Positions 25,815 to 35,319 of a stretch of 64,000 nt of DNA are shown piece after piece. Position 1 is the first letter of the stretch. The number at the start of each line of letters is the position of its first letter. The position numbers were made by a program, and so were the translations under genes. Source of the DNA: a virus (Duplodnaviria; Caudoviricetes); IMG/VR virus record IMGVR_UViG_2522572155_000001, positions 32,001-96,000 of that record, one strand, 5' to 3'. The notes under the pieces were generated by a model that worked only from the letters and a program-made list of their open reading frames with translations, was not told the DNA's origin and made no database searches.

Positions 25815-26463
25815 TGATGTACTCCGTAACGTCTACGATTGGGTAGACAGGGTCGTAGACGTCGTTGACGTGGGCGACGCTGATGACGGGTGTTCCTGAC
25901 ATGTGCTCGTGAATGCCGTGGCTTTCGTGTATGTGGCCGCAGATGAACACCTGGGGCTTCACTCGGAAGAGCATTAGGTTGGCAGCCGATGTGCCCACAT
26001 GGTCGGCGCGAGGGATACGGTCAGCAACGAAATGGGGCGGGCCATGGGAGATCACGATGTCCGTGTCATCCGGCACCGCCGCATAGACTCTGGCCAGCGT
26101 CGCGTCGGATGCGTAGAAGGCCCAGTACCTGAGGTTAGGTACCCACGGGGTCCCGTAGATGGTTAGCCCCTGCCAGACCGTGGTCTCGTCGCGCAGGTAC
26201 GTCCACGGCAAGTCCTTGGGTACGAGATCGCCGTTTTCGAACACGAAGTCGTGGTTACCCGCGACGCCGATGACCGTCGTGGTTGTCGGCATGTCGAGTA
26301 GCCATTCGCGGAACTCAGTGTCGAGCCAGTCAGACTGGCGCGACGCCATCTCGCTGGGCGTCCCGCCGAAGTCGGGGCAGATATCTCCCGCGATGATGAG
26401 GAGGTCACAGGGCTCGACCTCTGGAAGGTTCCCGTGGAGGTCGCTAGTAGCGAAGATCCGCAC
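25807..26463 (-). CDS. metallophosphoesterase
   Basis: SDLHG, AGD, GNHD, SHGPP, CGHIHE. Confidence 0.9.
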   Translation of the reverse strand: MRIFATSDLHGNLPEVEPCDLLIIAGDICPDFGGTPSEMASRQSDWLDTEFREWLLDMPTTTTVIGVAGNHDFVFENGDLVPKDLPWTYLRDETTVWQGLTIYGTPWVPNLRYWAFYASDATLARVYAAVPDDTDIVISHGPPHFVADRIPRADHVGTSAANLMLFRVKPQVFICGHIHESHGIHEHMSGTPVISVAHVNDVYDPVYPIVDVTEYINA

Positions 26464-27079
26464 TGCTGAGCGCCCCCTTGTCCATCATCGTGTGGATCAG
26501 CAGACGCCACGACGGCGCAAGCTGAATGCCTGGGACATCGGTCAACGCGCGGTTGTACTCCTTCAGTAGCCCGAACCCGAGACGGGGAGTGTCGGGATTC
26601 AGCAGCGCCCAGTCAGCGTCATAGGCGAACTGCACGAGCGTCTTGGGACGGTCGTCCACGATGTAACGGCACTCACGGACATACGGAATCTTGGAATCGT
26701 GCGTGCAGATCAGGTCCCCGGGAGGGAACCCGCAGAAGTCGAACAGCCACGTTGCGGTCGCCTCAGTTGCCTCGGGCTTGCGCGTGGAGATGTAGAGGAT
26801 GCTGTCGAACTCCTCAGCGATGTCCCACATGCCCTCGTAGGCGCCCAGGTACGGCTCCTGCGTAGTGATGGCGTCGTTGTCGTGACAGCGGTCGATGATC
26901 TCCAGCCACTGGGAGAGGTCGATTACGTCAGCGGGTGAACGCCACTCCGGCCATGCGCAGTAGGCGCCACGGAGGAGGGTCTTGTCTCCGGACTCGATCG
27001 CGAGCTTGGACCACGTATCTCGGGCGAGGTCACCGAAGCTGTACAGCGTGTCGTCAATATCGATTGCGATGCTGGCCAT
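26444..27079 (-). CDS. HAD-family 5'(3')-deoxyribonucleotidase-like protein
   Basis: IDIDDTL, ISTR, VDDRP. Confidence 0.75.
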   Translation of the reverse strand: MASIAIDIDDTLYSFGDLARDTWSKLAIESGDKTLLRGAYCAWPEWRSPADVIDLSQWLEIIDRCHDNDAITTQEPYLGAYEGMWDIAEEFDSILYISTRKPEATEATATWLFDFCGFPPGDLICTHDSKIPYVRECRYIVDDRPKTLVQFAYDADWALLNPDTPRLGFGLLKEYNRALTDVPGIQLAPSWRLLIHTMMDKGALSSADLRY

Positions 27080-27085
27080 GTACCG

Positions 27086-27724
27086 TTACCTATTCGGCCA
27101 GCGAAGCCCGTAGTGATGGAGCAGCGCCTGAGAGAGGTGCGCCTTGAGATCGTCCAACGTGCCCGAGTTGTCGATTACTACGTCCAGGTACTCGGGAGCG
27201 AGGGGCTTTTCCGAAGCGTGACCATCGCCCTTTGCAACTGTGGGTCGATCGATCTTCCATACCTGGCCGCCGCAGTCATGGATATGGTCTGCCTCGTTGG
27301 GGAAGCGCACGTCGGTGATGACGAGGAAGTCGGCCATCTCGTCTACGTCGGCGCGCCCCCAGTTGGCCGCCACGGGGTTAGGGAGGACGACTCGCGTCCA
27401 GAAGTCATGCCCGAACACGTCGCGATGTGCCTCTGTGCCGTAGTGCTGGAGGAAGACGCGACCGGTGATCCCGAGCCTGCCGTAGGACATCTCCGCTTCG
27501 TCATCAGAGAGGGAGAAGATGTGCCCGCTCTCCTTGAGGGAGTTGCACCATGCGATGGCGTCTTCCACCGCGATGTCGGGGAAGAAGACGCGCGCGGCTG
27601 ATAGCTTCAGACGGTCAGCGAAGGCGTCACGGATCACGTTCATGTCCGGCAATAGCTCGCGGATGAACGTGAGTGATTGATCCTTGCCGGATTCGGCAAG
27701 GCCATGCAATCCGAGAAGAGGCAA
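27086..27724 (-). CDS. deoxynucleoside monophosphate kinase
   Basis: GLAESGKD, FADRLK, LQHYGTE, ITDVRFPNE; TTG start after AAGGA. Confidence 0.9.
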   Translation of the reverse strand: MPLLGLHGLAESGKDQSLTFIRELLPDMNVIRDAFADRLKLSAARVFFPDIAVEDAIAWCNSLKESGHIFSLSDDEAEMSYGRLGITGRVFLQHYGTEAHRDVFGHDFWTRVVLPNPVAANWGRADVDEMADFLVITDVRFPNEADHIHDCGGQVWKIDRPTVAKGDGHASEKPLAPEYLDVVIDNSGTLDDLKAHLSQALLHHYGLRWPNR

Positions 27725-27743
27725 TGTTGTCCTTAGGGAAAGC

Positions 27744-27770
27744 GAAGGGGCACCAGAAAGGTGCCCCTTC
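27744..27770. terminator. intergenic hairpin / terminator
   Basis: GAAGGGGCACC-N5-GGTGCCCCTTC, 11-bp stem. Confidence 0.65.
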
Positions 27771-27789
27771 ACAACGGCTCTAGGTGCGG

Positions 27790-28335
27790 CTAGGAGAGGG
27801 CGAGGGCGGTGTCGGCAACGGCGTTGGCCGCGATGCCTGCGATGTAGTTGGCGTCGAAGCCCTGGACGGCCTGTAGGAGTACCTCGGCGGCACGTGTGCG
27901 CTCGCCCACGTACTCGTCTTCGTCGGCCACCACATCGCTGAGGAAGACGATGGCCTGTCCCGCGACGAGCGAGAGCGGATCCGGGACCGGCGCATGAAGG
28001 ATGTCCGCGAGGTCGTCCAGACTGACCTGGACGAAGTCGTCGGCCGCCTCGTCGGAAGGCGCGTCGCCGCAATCGCAGTCGTCACCGCAGAACGGGCCGC
28101 CGTCGACCGGGCAGGTGTCCTCGGCCTCCTCGGCGGCGCGTTGCGCGAGGAGAAACTCGGCGGTGCCGACATCCTCTTGGACGAAGACCTTGGGATTCGA
28201 GAAGTATCCCGGTCCGTATTCACCGCCGGTGGCGAGAGCGCGGTACTTGCCCTTGACGGAGCCGTCACTCTCGAACACGGGGTCAAATACCTCGTAGGTG
28301 TTGTCGCCATACGCCTGAACAATGATGCTGGTCAT
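27790..28335 (-). CDS. hypothetical protein
   Basis: ORF track. Confidence 0.65.
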   Translation of the reverse strand: MTSIIVQAYGDNTYEVFDPVFESDGSVKGKYRALATGGEYGPGYFSNPKVFVQEDVGTAEFLLAQRAAEEAEDTCPVDGGPFCGDDCDCGDAPSDEAADDFVQVSLDDLADILHAPVPDPLSLVAGQAIVFLSDVVADEDEYVGERTRAAEVLLQAVQGFDANYIAGIAANAVADTALALS

Positions 28336-28344
28336 CCTGTATCC

Positions 28345-28590
28345 CTACTTGTTGAGTGCTGTGCGTGCGTCTTGAAGTGCCTGGTATTCCGCCTCAGCGT
28401 GCGGCTCGACCTCTTCTCGAAGGTCTGCCATCTTCGCGGCGTGGAATGCCTTGGCGTCTTCCTCGGTCCATTCACCCGACCAGACTCGGCGCATGGTGAA
28501 CGTGTAGTTCGCGTCCTGCTCGTACTTGACAAGCTGGAACTTGCCCCCAACGGAGACGGAGGCGCTGACTTCGGTGACTACGGGATCCAT
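28345..28590 (-). CDS. hypothetical protein
   Basis: MDPVVTEV... 81 aa. Confidence 0.6.
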   Translation of the reverse strand: MDPVVTEVSASVSVGGKFQLVKYEQDANYTFTMRRVWSGEWTEEDAKAFHAAKMADLREEVEPHAEAEYQALQDARTALNK

Positions 28591-28595
28591 GTGAA

Positions 28596-28916
28596 CTACG
28601 TTGTCGGCCGGACCGCTGCCGACTGCTGAAGGACGATGCCCTGAAAGAAGCCACCGCGCGCGACCCGCTTCCCGTCCGCGACCAAGAGAAGGTCTTCCTG
28701 GACGTAGTTGTCTAGTGCGGCGAGTGCGAGCAACACCTCGAAGATGTCTGCTAGCTCTTCGACATTGCCTTCCTCTAGGTACTCCGTGACCTCCTCCTGG
28801 AGCTTGTCGCGGAGTAGCTGCTCGTACTCGGTGCCCGCAGCGCGATACGTCGTCGGGAAGGATCCCTCGCGCTGCGCGATGATGAGAGGGATACGATCCC
28901 GGACGAGCTTCCTCAC
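28596..28916 (-). CDS. MazG-like / PRA-PH nucleotide pyrophosphohydrolase
   Basis: KLVRDRIP...KLQEEVTE...EELADIFEV...RGGF. Confidence 0.85.
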   Translation of the reverse strand: MRKLVRDRIPLIIAQREGSFPTTYRAAGTEYEQLLRDKLQEEVTEYLEEGNVEELADIFEVLLALAALDNYVQEDLLLVADGKRVARGGFFQGIVLQQSAAVRPTT

Positions 28917-29051
28917 TCGTCTTCGTCCGGAAGGACTCCCATGTTTGCCAACACGGTGGAAGCCATGACACTCGACGTGATGGCGAGAGAATTCGCCGCC
29001 TCTAGGGCTCCGGCGACACGCTCGACGGCCTCAATGAGACGCTCTGACTGT

Positions 29052-29573
29052 TCATGCAACACTGGTACTCTCCTCACTCGACTTGTGGACCAGGGTCATC
29101 CCCAGTCCCGACTGTGCTACTGCTTCTGCGTTATCGGCCCCGTAGGCGACGAGTGCTGATGGGGCGCCGGAGTTGCCTGGGGCTTTCTGCCCGTCGCCTG
29201 GTACGAAGGTGAGGCGGCCCGCGACGAGGCACACGGCGTCGGCGTCGCGTACCGTCTCGTGCCACCACTTCACGTCGGTGCGCGCGAACACCAGCGCGAT
29301 TCCGTTGCCGTGATCGCGAAGCTTGTGCATCCACTTGCCTGTGACTCTCCCGTAGGGCGGGTTCATCCAGACGCGGCCGAACCACCGCTGACTGAGACCG
29401 TCGTCGGCCTCAGACATCCAGGTCTTCACGGGAATCCACGGGACGCCCTCAGGCGGCGAGCAGGGGTCGAGCGAGAACTCGACCCCCAGTGCCTCGAAGA
29501 CATGTGGGGGCGTGTACCACTCATTCGTTGCCCCCTCGTTCGGTGCGTGGAGCTTACGCCACGGATCCGTCAC
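29052..29573 (-). CDS. phage DNA N6-adenine methyltransferase
   Basis: WYTPP, LDPC, DGL..W, NPPY, ARTD. Confidence 0.9.
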   Translation of the reverse strand: MTDPWRKLHAPNEGATNEWYTPPHVFEALGVEFSLDPCSPPEGVPWIPVKTWMSEADDGLSQRWFGRVWMNPPYGRVTGKWMHKLRDHGNGIALVFARTDVKWWHETVRDADAVCLVAGRLTFVPGDGQKAPGNSGAPSALVAYGADNAEAVAQSGLGMTLVHKSSEESTSVA

Positions 29574-29788
29574 GTCCTCGTGAAGTTGATGAGGTACCCC
29601 TTCGAGAATGCGATCTCGTGGATGGAGTTCACGATCTCGGTTGCGTCTGAGTCCGGCATCGGCTTCCCGCTCGGGTCGTGAACAACGATGCAGACGGCTG
29701 GTGACCTCTGCACGTAACCGTGAGAGCGGCCACGCGAGCGTCCGGCAGTGCGACGGCTCTTGGAGCCGCCGTTCTTCTGTTCAGCCAT
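29570..29788 (-). CDS. hypothetical protein
   Basis: RBS GAGG; ORF track. Confidence 0.6.
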   Translation of the reverse strand: MAEQKNGGSKSRRTAGRSRGRSHGYVQRSPAVCIVVHDPSGKPMPDSDATEIVNSIHEIAFSKGYLINFTRT

Positions 29789-29819
29789 GATTACCTCTGG
29801 CTAGGGGATGGATACGAAG

Positions 29820-31112
29820 TTAGTACCGCTGGTCGCGCCACATAAGCTTGCCGTCAACGTATGAGGCAAGTTCTGCCTTGAAGGTGCCGTCAGGCCACAC
29901 GATTGCCGTGCCGAAGCCGTTCTGCCAGTTGGCGAACCGCTTGTAGCCGAGGCCGCCCTGAATGCGGGCCATCGTGCCAATCTCCATGCCGGTCACTGTG
30001 CAGGGGACGCCGTCAATGTCGTGGACGGTCTTGTGTGTGATCGCCTGGCGATGGGTGTGCGCCATCGCGATGGAGTGCTGTACCTCGTCCAGGTGTGCGA
30101 GGACCGAGGCGCCTGGATCCTTCTTCACCTTCTCGCCGTGAATGGCTGCGAGCACATCGGACACGCGGTAGTGCGCGTGTGCGTAGCCGCCGTCCGGCTC
30201 GATCAGCTTGATGCCGAGAGAGTCAAGGTGCAAGAGGTCACGGATGTCCCACACCGCCCGGAAGGGGTCCTCGCCAGGGATGTCAGCGGGGCGGATGCCG
30301 TGCAGGTTGGTCATATAGTTGATGAGGCGGTTGCGGATCCGCTCATCGTGGTTTCCGAGCAGCTTGACCCAGTTCGTGGAACGGCATGCCTGTACGTAGT
30401 CCCGCAGCATGAGATAGCCCGAGTTGATTGATGTCTGGGCATCGACGTGCCAATCTGGATTGCCGGGGTGACGAGACACGTCTGGCAGGTCAATGGTGTC
30501 ACCCATAAGGACGCCGCGATCCGGGCGGTTGAACTCCAACCACTGGCAGAACTTGTCGTGTAGGTCCGGGTTCTGGTACGGAGCCTGCTGACATCCGACG
30601 AAGACCACTAGCTCGGCGTCGCGGTCGAGCGTGACGTATAGTCGGTCCAGCCGGAAGCTCGGCCCGTCTACAGCAGGCATGACGAACTCGTACGGCTTCT
30701 TGCGCGCGCACGTCACCTTCAACTGCTTCATCGTGACGATGGGGTTCTCGCCGTACTCATCAGCGCTCCCCATCGTGTCCCATTCGTTGACCGTAAGGGA
30801 CGTGATCTCCCACTCGTCGGGGTCAAGCCCCCGCTCGCGCAGTAGCTCCCCAGGTGAGTTGAGGACGGTTGCCGCACGACTCGTTACCGTGGCCTGGTCG
30901 CCGTCGATACGGACTCCTGCCTTCTCGGCGTGATCGTCACCCGGAGCTACCGCACCCCAACGTCGAAGCGCCCGGCGCACCGACCGCTCGGACGTTGTGA
31001 CACCGAGGGCATACAATTCGCGAACGATCTCGGGGTTCGTGAACGGCCTGGCGTGAAGGTCTAGAATGAACTCCCGATGCGCGTCAAGCGGGCTTGTCTG
31101 GGTCTGAGTCAC
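29820..31112 (-). CDS. phage metallophosphoesterase with N-terminal HTH
   Basis: MGDTIDL, GNHDER, IHGE, AHTHR. Confidence 0.8.
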   Translation of the reverse strand: MTQTQTSPLDAHREFILDLHARPFTNPEIVRELYALGVTTSERSVRRALRRWGAVAPGDDHAEKAGVRIDGDQATVTSRAATVLNSPGELLRERGLDPDEWEITSLTVNEWDTMGSADEYGENPIVTMKQLKVTCARKKPYEFVMPAVDGPSFRLDRLYVTLDRDAELVVFVGCQQAPYQNPDLHDKFCQWLEFNRPDRGVLMGDTIDLPDVSRHPGNPDWHVDAQTSINSGYLMLRDYVQACRSTNWVKLLGNHDERIRNRLINYMTNLHGIRPADIPGEDPFRAVWDIRDLLHLDSLGIKLIEPDGGYAHAHYRVSDVLAAIHGEKVKKDPGASVLAHLDEVQHSIAMAHTHRQAITHKTVHDIDGVPCTVTGMEIGTMARIQGGLGYKRFANWQNGFGTAIVWPDGTFKAELASYVDGKLMWRDQRY

Positions 31113-33336
31113 TTGCCTTGTAATCCGGTTCGATGATGCTGTAGGACTGCTTCTTCACCGGCCGGGGCAGGCGCTCTACCGTCTTCTCTGCGGAGGCGAC
31201 ACGCGGCCGTAGTGCTGTACCTTCATTCTCGGCCGCATCGTGGGTAACCTCAGCCTTGACAGACGATGTTGGTCCGCCGATGCCGGGCCGCCTCTCCATC
31301 GAGATTGCAGGGGCCACCAGACCGCCGCCAGGGCCTCCCTGAGGGCCAGGGGCGGTGATGGCGGGGCCGCCACCCGGCACGCTGTCTCCGAAGCCTCCAG
31401 GGCCAAGCATTCCGCCCGGGGGAGGGGGCATGACGATTGAGTCGCCCGGCGTACCTCCCGGCATCGGCGGACCGCCTGCGTCGGGTCCCATCGGAGGCCC
31501 GGCCATCGGCATCCCGCCGGGCGCACCCGGACCGGGGGTACCCGGTGCGATCGGCATCGAGCCCTGAAGGACTGTCTCCACCTCGGCCTTGAGGTCGGGC
31601 GGGATCGGCAGGTTCTTCTCGTGAAGTACCTTGTAGGTCTTCATCTTCGCTTCCTGCTGAGCGACGGTCTTCTTGACCAGTTCCTCGTTGTAGTCGTTGA
31701 TCTCGTCCTCGATGTCGAAGTCAACGCCGATGAGCATGCTCTTGTCGGAGATGGGCACACCCATGGTCCGGAGTGTCTGGAGGAACTGACGCTCGGTTGC
31801 CTCGTCGCGGAGATCGAGCGTCTGGAAGCGAAGCTCCGGGATTAGGAGCTTGTGCCGCTCCACGATGACCTTCTTGCCCTCGGCGTCGTGCTCTACGACT
31901 TCCTCCATCACCGGCACGCGAGTCTGTCCACGCGTTTCGTACTCGTAGTGCCCCTGAGCCTCTGCCACGACCATCGCGCGGGAGCGGAAGTGATCCTTGA
32001 GGAAGCCCTGGTAGGTACGGAGAATCTGGTTCAGGAACTCAGCCTGAAGCGCGGAGGATGCATACGGCTGGGAATTGGATCCAGCGGAGAGCAGTGACGG
32101 GTTGACGCCGAAAATCTGCATGAGGCGACGCTCGACGCGATCGAAGTCGTCACCAAGGCGAGGCATCTGCTCACGCCCGAAGACGTTCTCCATCTCGATG
32201 CCGACGTGGTGAACGAGGAGACGGAAGTCCGAGGTAAGAGCGATGTCCAGGTCGTCGCGGAATGCATCTAGCTCTTCCGGGCCAGGGATGTACGGCGGGT
32301 AACCGTCACCCAGGTCCACGATGCCGAGCTTCGCAAGGATGAGCGGGGAGTACAGACGCTCCGCGATGGCGTCCTGTGACGCTAGGAGCTTCTCCTCGTG
32401 GATGAGTGTCCGTAGGCCGCGCAGGAGGATCGGCGTGCCGTGGTCGTCCCACGGTGAGGTCTTGTTGGCTACCTGCTTGAGGAGGACATCCGAGATGGGG
32501 ATGTGGTCGCCGCGCTTCAGGTAGGGGATCAACTCGGGGAAGTTGAGTTCTAGCTGGCGATACTCCTTCGGCGGGGTCTTGGACTGAGCGAGCTTCTTGA
32601 GATAGTCCGGCGGTACGATCTTCAGTGATCGTGTACCGAGCAGCGGAAAGTTCTCGATCACCACGTCTTCCGGGTTGATGAGTTCTTCGCGCTCGAAGAT
32701 GCCAAGGTTCTCATCGAACGAGGCCATGGGGAACGCCTCGCCTACGGTCCAGTACTCACGACCGAGGTTGACGAAGAAGTTTTGGTACTCAAGCTGGTCA
32801 AGAAATAGCTCGGAGTACCAGTCGGCTAGCTGTTGGTCCTTGCAGTACATCTCCATGCCCACGAGTGGGAAGCGGGTGAAGATGTCGATGAGGATGGGTA
32901 CGAGGTGGTGCGTCGCGTAGTAGAGACGGAGCCACTTGTGGAGCTTGTGCCGGTGAGACTCGTCAGCGGTGTTCCACGGCAGCCCCGTTACGTCCCAGTA
33001 CTCGATCGGGTCATAGAAGCGAGGAATGGCGGCGAACACGTCGTTGCCGCCGCTGCTGAAGCTCGATGTACGCTGGACGGAAGAGGCACGGCGTTGCGCC
33101 CGCATCGCTCGCATGAGGCGCGTGTTCTGCTCGATCGCCTCTACGCTGTTGGCACCGCCTGCGAGCCCGGACATGATCGTCCGCTCAAGGTCACCGGGCG
33201 ATTGAGCCATCCGGTGCATGTCGTGAGCGGCGAGTCGGGCTCGCGCGGTGTTCTGAGGGAGAGCAACCCCTCGCTTCTGGAGATTGGCTAGCTCTGCGTC
33301 AAGCTGCCTCGTGTCAACTCGCTTCTGCATACTCAA
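31084..33336 (-). CDS. portal protein
   Basis: size, context, GREYWTVGEAF and HGTPILLRGL segments, Pro/Gly-rich tail. Confidence 0.75.
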   Translation of the reverse strand: MSMQKRVDTRQLDAELANLQKRGVALPQNTARARLAAHDMHRMAQSPGDLERTIMSGLAGGANSVEAIEQNTRLMRAMRAQRRASSVQRTSSFSSGGNDVFAAIPRFYDPIEYWDVTGLPWNTADESHRHKLHKWLRLYYATHHLVPILIDIFTRFPLVGMEMYCKDQQLADWYSELFLDQLEYQNFFVNLGREYWTVGEAFPMASFDENLGIFEREELINPEDVVIENFPLLGTRSLKIVPPDYLKKLAQSKTPPKEYRQLELNFPELIPYLKRGDHIPISDVLLKQVANKTSPWDDHGTPILLRGLRTLIHEEKLLASQDAIAERLYSPLILAKLGIVDLGDGYPPYIPGPEELDAFRDDLDIALTSDFRLLVHHVGIEMENVFGREQMPRLGDDFDRVERRLMQIFGVNPSLLSAGSNSQPYASSALQAEFLNQILRTYQGFLKDHFRSRAMVVAEAQGHYEYETRGQTRVPVMEEVVEHDAEGKKVIVERHKLLIPELRFQTLDLRDEATERQFLQTLRTMGVPISDKSMLIGVDFDIEDEINDYNEELVKKTVAQQEAKMKTYKVLHEKNLPIPPDLKAEVETVLQGSMPIAPGTPGPGAPGGMPMAGPPMGPDAGGPPMPGGTPGDSIVMPPPPGGMLGPGGFGDSVPGGGPAITAPGPQGGPGGGLVAPAISMERRPGIGGPTSSVKAEVTHDAAENEGTALRPRVASAEKTVERLPRPVKKQSYSIIEPDYKASDSDPDKPA

Positions 33337-33380
33337 CTCTACGTACTCGTCCGTTCACCGCGAGAATCGCGGCGGCAGGG

Positions 33381-34097
33381 TTACGCCTGCTCGAACTCGC
33401 TGATCGCGCCGAGTGCCTGAGCGGTGGTGAGGAACCCGGAGGTGACCGGGTTAGCTTGGCCTGTGTCCGGGAAGGTGTCGGTGTGGATGACCGGCTGGGT
33501 GTCTACCTTGCCGATGTCCGTGTTGTGGTCGAGGAGTTCCCCGTACTCACGAGCATCGTTCGCGTAGTCGGCCGTGTCCTTCACGTCCTGCCGCTCGGAC
33601 TTGAAGGCGCCGCCGTCCACGTTGATCTCCGGCAGATTGCCGTCTCCGGTGAGTGCGTTTGGCTTCCACTTGGTCTTGTCCATTGACGGACCGGATACTT
33701 CACCCTTGCCGCCGAGGTTGTCCTCGGCGGTGCGGACCGAGGACTCGACCTCGCCCTTGCCTACGGCAGACACGTCGTCAGAGAGTGCGCCCTCGCCGTT
33801 GTCGTCGCAGGAGCACATCTTCTTCGGGCCAACCTTCCAGCAGCGGCAGTCGTCGCAGAAGGCACCGCCAGCGATGCGAGCAACGAACGCCGTCACGAGC
33901 GCTGCGTCACCCTCGGCAAGGTCGCTCATGGCGCCCTTAGTGAGGGCTACACGAGCCTCGAACTCGTCCATGGTGGACGCCTGGCGAAGGAACCCCTCGA
34001 ACTGCTCGGAGGCGCGGAGATTGAAGAGCACGGACGCGTTGCGAGCGGCCGTGCGCTCCTCGTGCTGCTGTGCTGCGTCGTAGGAGAAGAGATCCAT
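33381..34097 (-). CDS. putative head/internal virion protein
   Basis: adjacent to portal; several R-x-A motifs. Confidence 0.55.
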   Translation of the reverse strand: MDLFSYDAAQQHEERTAARNASVLFNLRASEQFEGFLRQASTMDEFEARVALTKGAMSDLAEGDAALVTAFVARIAGGAFCDDCRCWKVGPKKMCSCDDNGEGALSDDVSAVGKGEVESSVRTAEDNLGGKGEVSGPSMDKTKWKPNALTGDGNLPEINVDGGAFKSERQDVKDTADYANDAREYGELLDHNTDIGKVDTQPVIHTDTFPDTGQANPVTSGFLTTAQALGAISEFEQA

Positions 34098-34107
34098 TGG
34101 TTCAGCC

Positions 34108-35280
34108 TCAGGAGAAGAGGATGTCGTCGGGGAGAGCCGCGTAGCGGTCTTCCTTTGCCGACGCTTCCTTGTGGGTGGTCTGCTTGCGGTTGGCTAGCTC
34201 CGAGCGGCGCGTCTCCTCGACGCTCGTGAGGAAGCGCTGCGTGATCTCCTGGGCGCGCTCGGGAGCGATCCCGGCCACCTTGGAGCGGATGTGCGCGAGC
34301 GCCACGGCGCGAGTGGAGCCCATGTCGGCAACGGTGCCGTCCGAGAGGCTCGCGACCAGGGTGTGGGGCTCCTCGGTCAGCACCTTGTCGAAGTCGGTGC
34401 CCTCTGCCTCCGCGATCATCTCGTTGACCGTGTTGTCGAGCCAGGACGCCTCGCCGCCGCCTAGGGACTCGCCTACCGGGCCAGCGGTGTACTCCAGCGG
34501 CTTGTAGGCGTACGCCTGAGCCTCCTGAGCCTCGATCGCGTCGAGCGCCTGGCGCAGGGTCCCGCGCTCGGCGTCGGCAGCCACGACGATGCCGTCAAGC
34601 GTCTGCGCATCCTCGTGGGACGCGGTGCGCTGAGCGGCGATGGCATCGGAGCGCATGCCTTCAAGCGCCTTCAGGCGCGCTGTGATCGACGCGCGATCGG
34701 AGCCGAAGGGAGCCTCTAGACGTGAGGTAAGCTCGACGGCTGCCGAGCGGGTAGAGGCAGTCTTCTCGGTAGAGAAGCGAGTGTCCTCCGTCACGCGGAG
34801 ATGAGCGATGCGACCGTTCTCTAGGCGAACGGCGACCTCCTCACCCCATACATCGTTGACGCGGCTGAGGATCTTGCCCTTCAGCCCGCCTGGGGTGACG
34901 ATGTGTGTAGCCCTCGTGGAAGCGGTTGTGTCCCACGGGCTGTTACCGCCCATGTCGGGGTAGTCGTCACCGGGGTCGCCGTAGGGGGCAGCATTGCCGT
35001 CCGGGTCGAACTCGGGGAACTGCTGCCCTCCAGCCGGGTGACCGCAGTATTCACACTTCTGATCGCCGGGCGCAAGCGGAGTACCGCAGCCAGCGCAGGG
35101 TCCGTCGTGGTAGTTGTTGGGGTCCTCGTGTTCACCGAAGCCGCCGGAGTAGCCGGTGTCAGCGCCGTCCCACGCTAGCTTGGTTTCTAGGGTGGCAAGG
35201 TTTTCCGCAGAGGCCACTACCTTGCCCTCACGGATGGCGTACACCTTGTCGTTCTCGTAAATGAAGTGTAGATCGCTCAT
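34108..35280 (-). CDS. putative head/internal virion protein with Zn ribbon
   Basis: CAGC...CEYCG; head-cluster context. Confidence 0.55.
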   Translation of the reverse strand: MSDLHFIYENDKVYAIREGKVVASAENLATLETKLAWDGADTGYSGGFGEHEDPNNYHDGPCAGCGTPLAPGDQKCEYCGHPAGGQQFPEFDPDGNAAPYGDPGDDYPDMGGNSPWDTTASTRATHIVTPGGLKGKILSRVNDVWGEEVAVRLENGRIAHLRVTEDTRFSTEKTASTRSAAVELTSRLEAPFGSDRASITARLKALEGMRSDAIAAQRTASHEDAQTLDGIVVAADAERGTLRQALDAIEAQEAQAYAYKPLEYTAGPVGESLGGGEASWLDNTVNEMIAEAEGTDFDKVLTEEPHTLVASLSDGTVADMGSTRAVALAHIRSKVAGIAPERAQEITQRFLTSVEETRRSELANRKQTTHKEASAKEDRYAALPDDILFS

Positions 35281-35319
35281 CTCTACTGCTTAGTCGTAGC
35301 CCCCGTAACCTTTCTAGGG

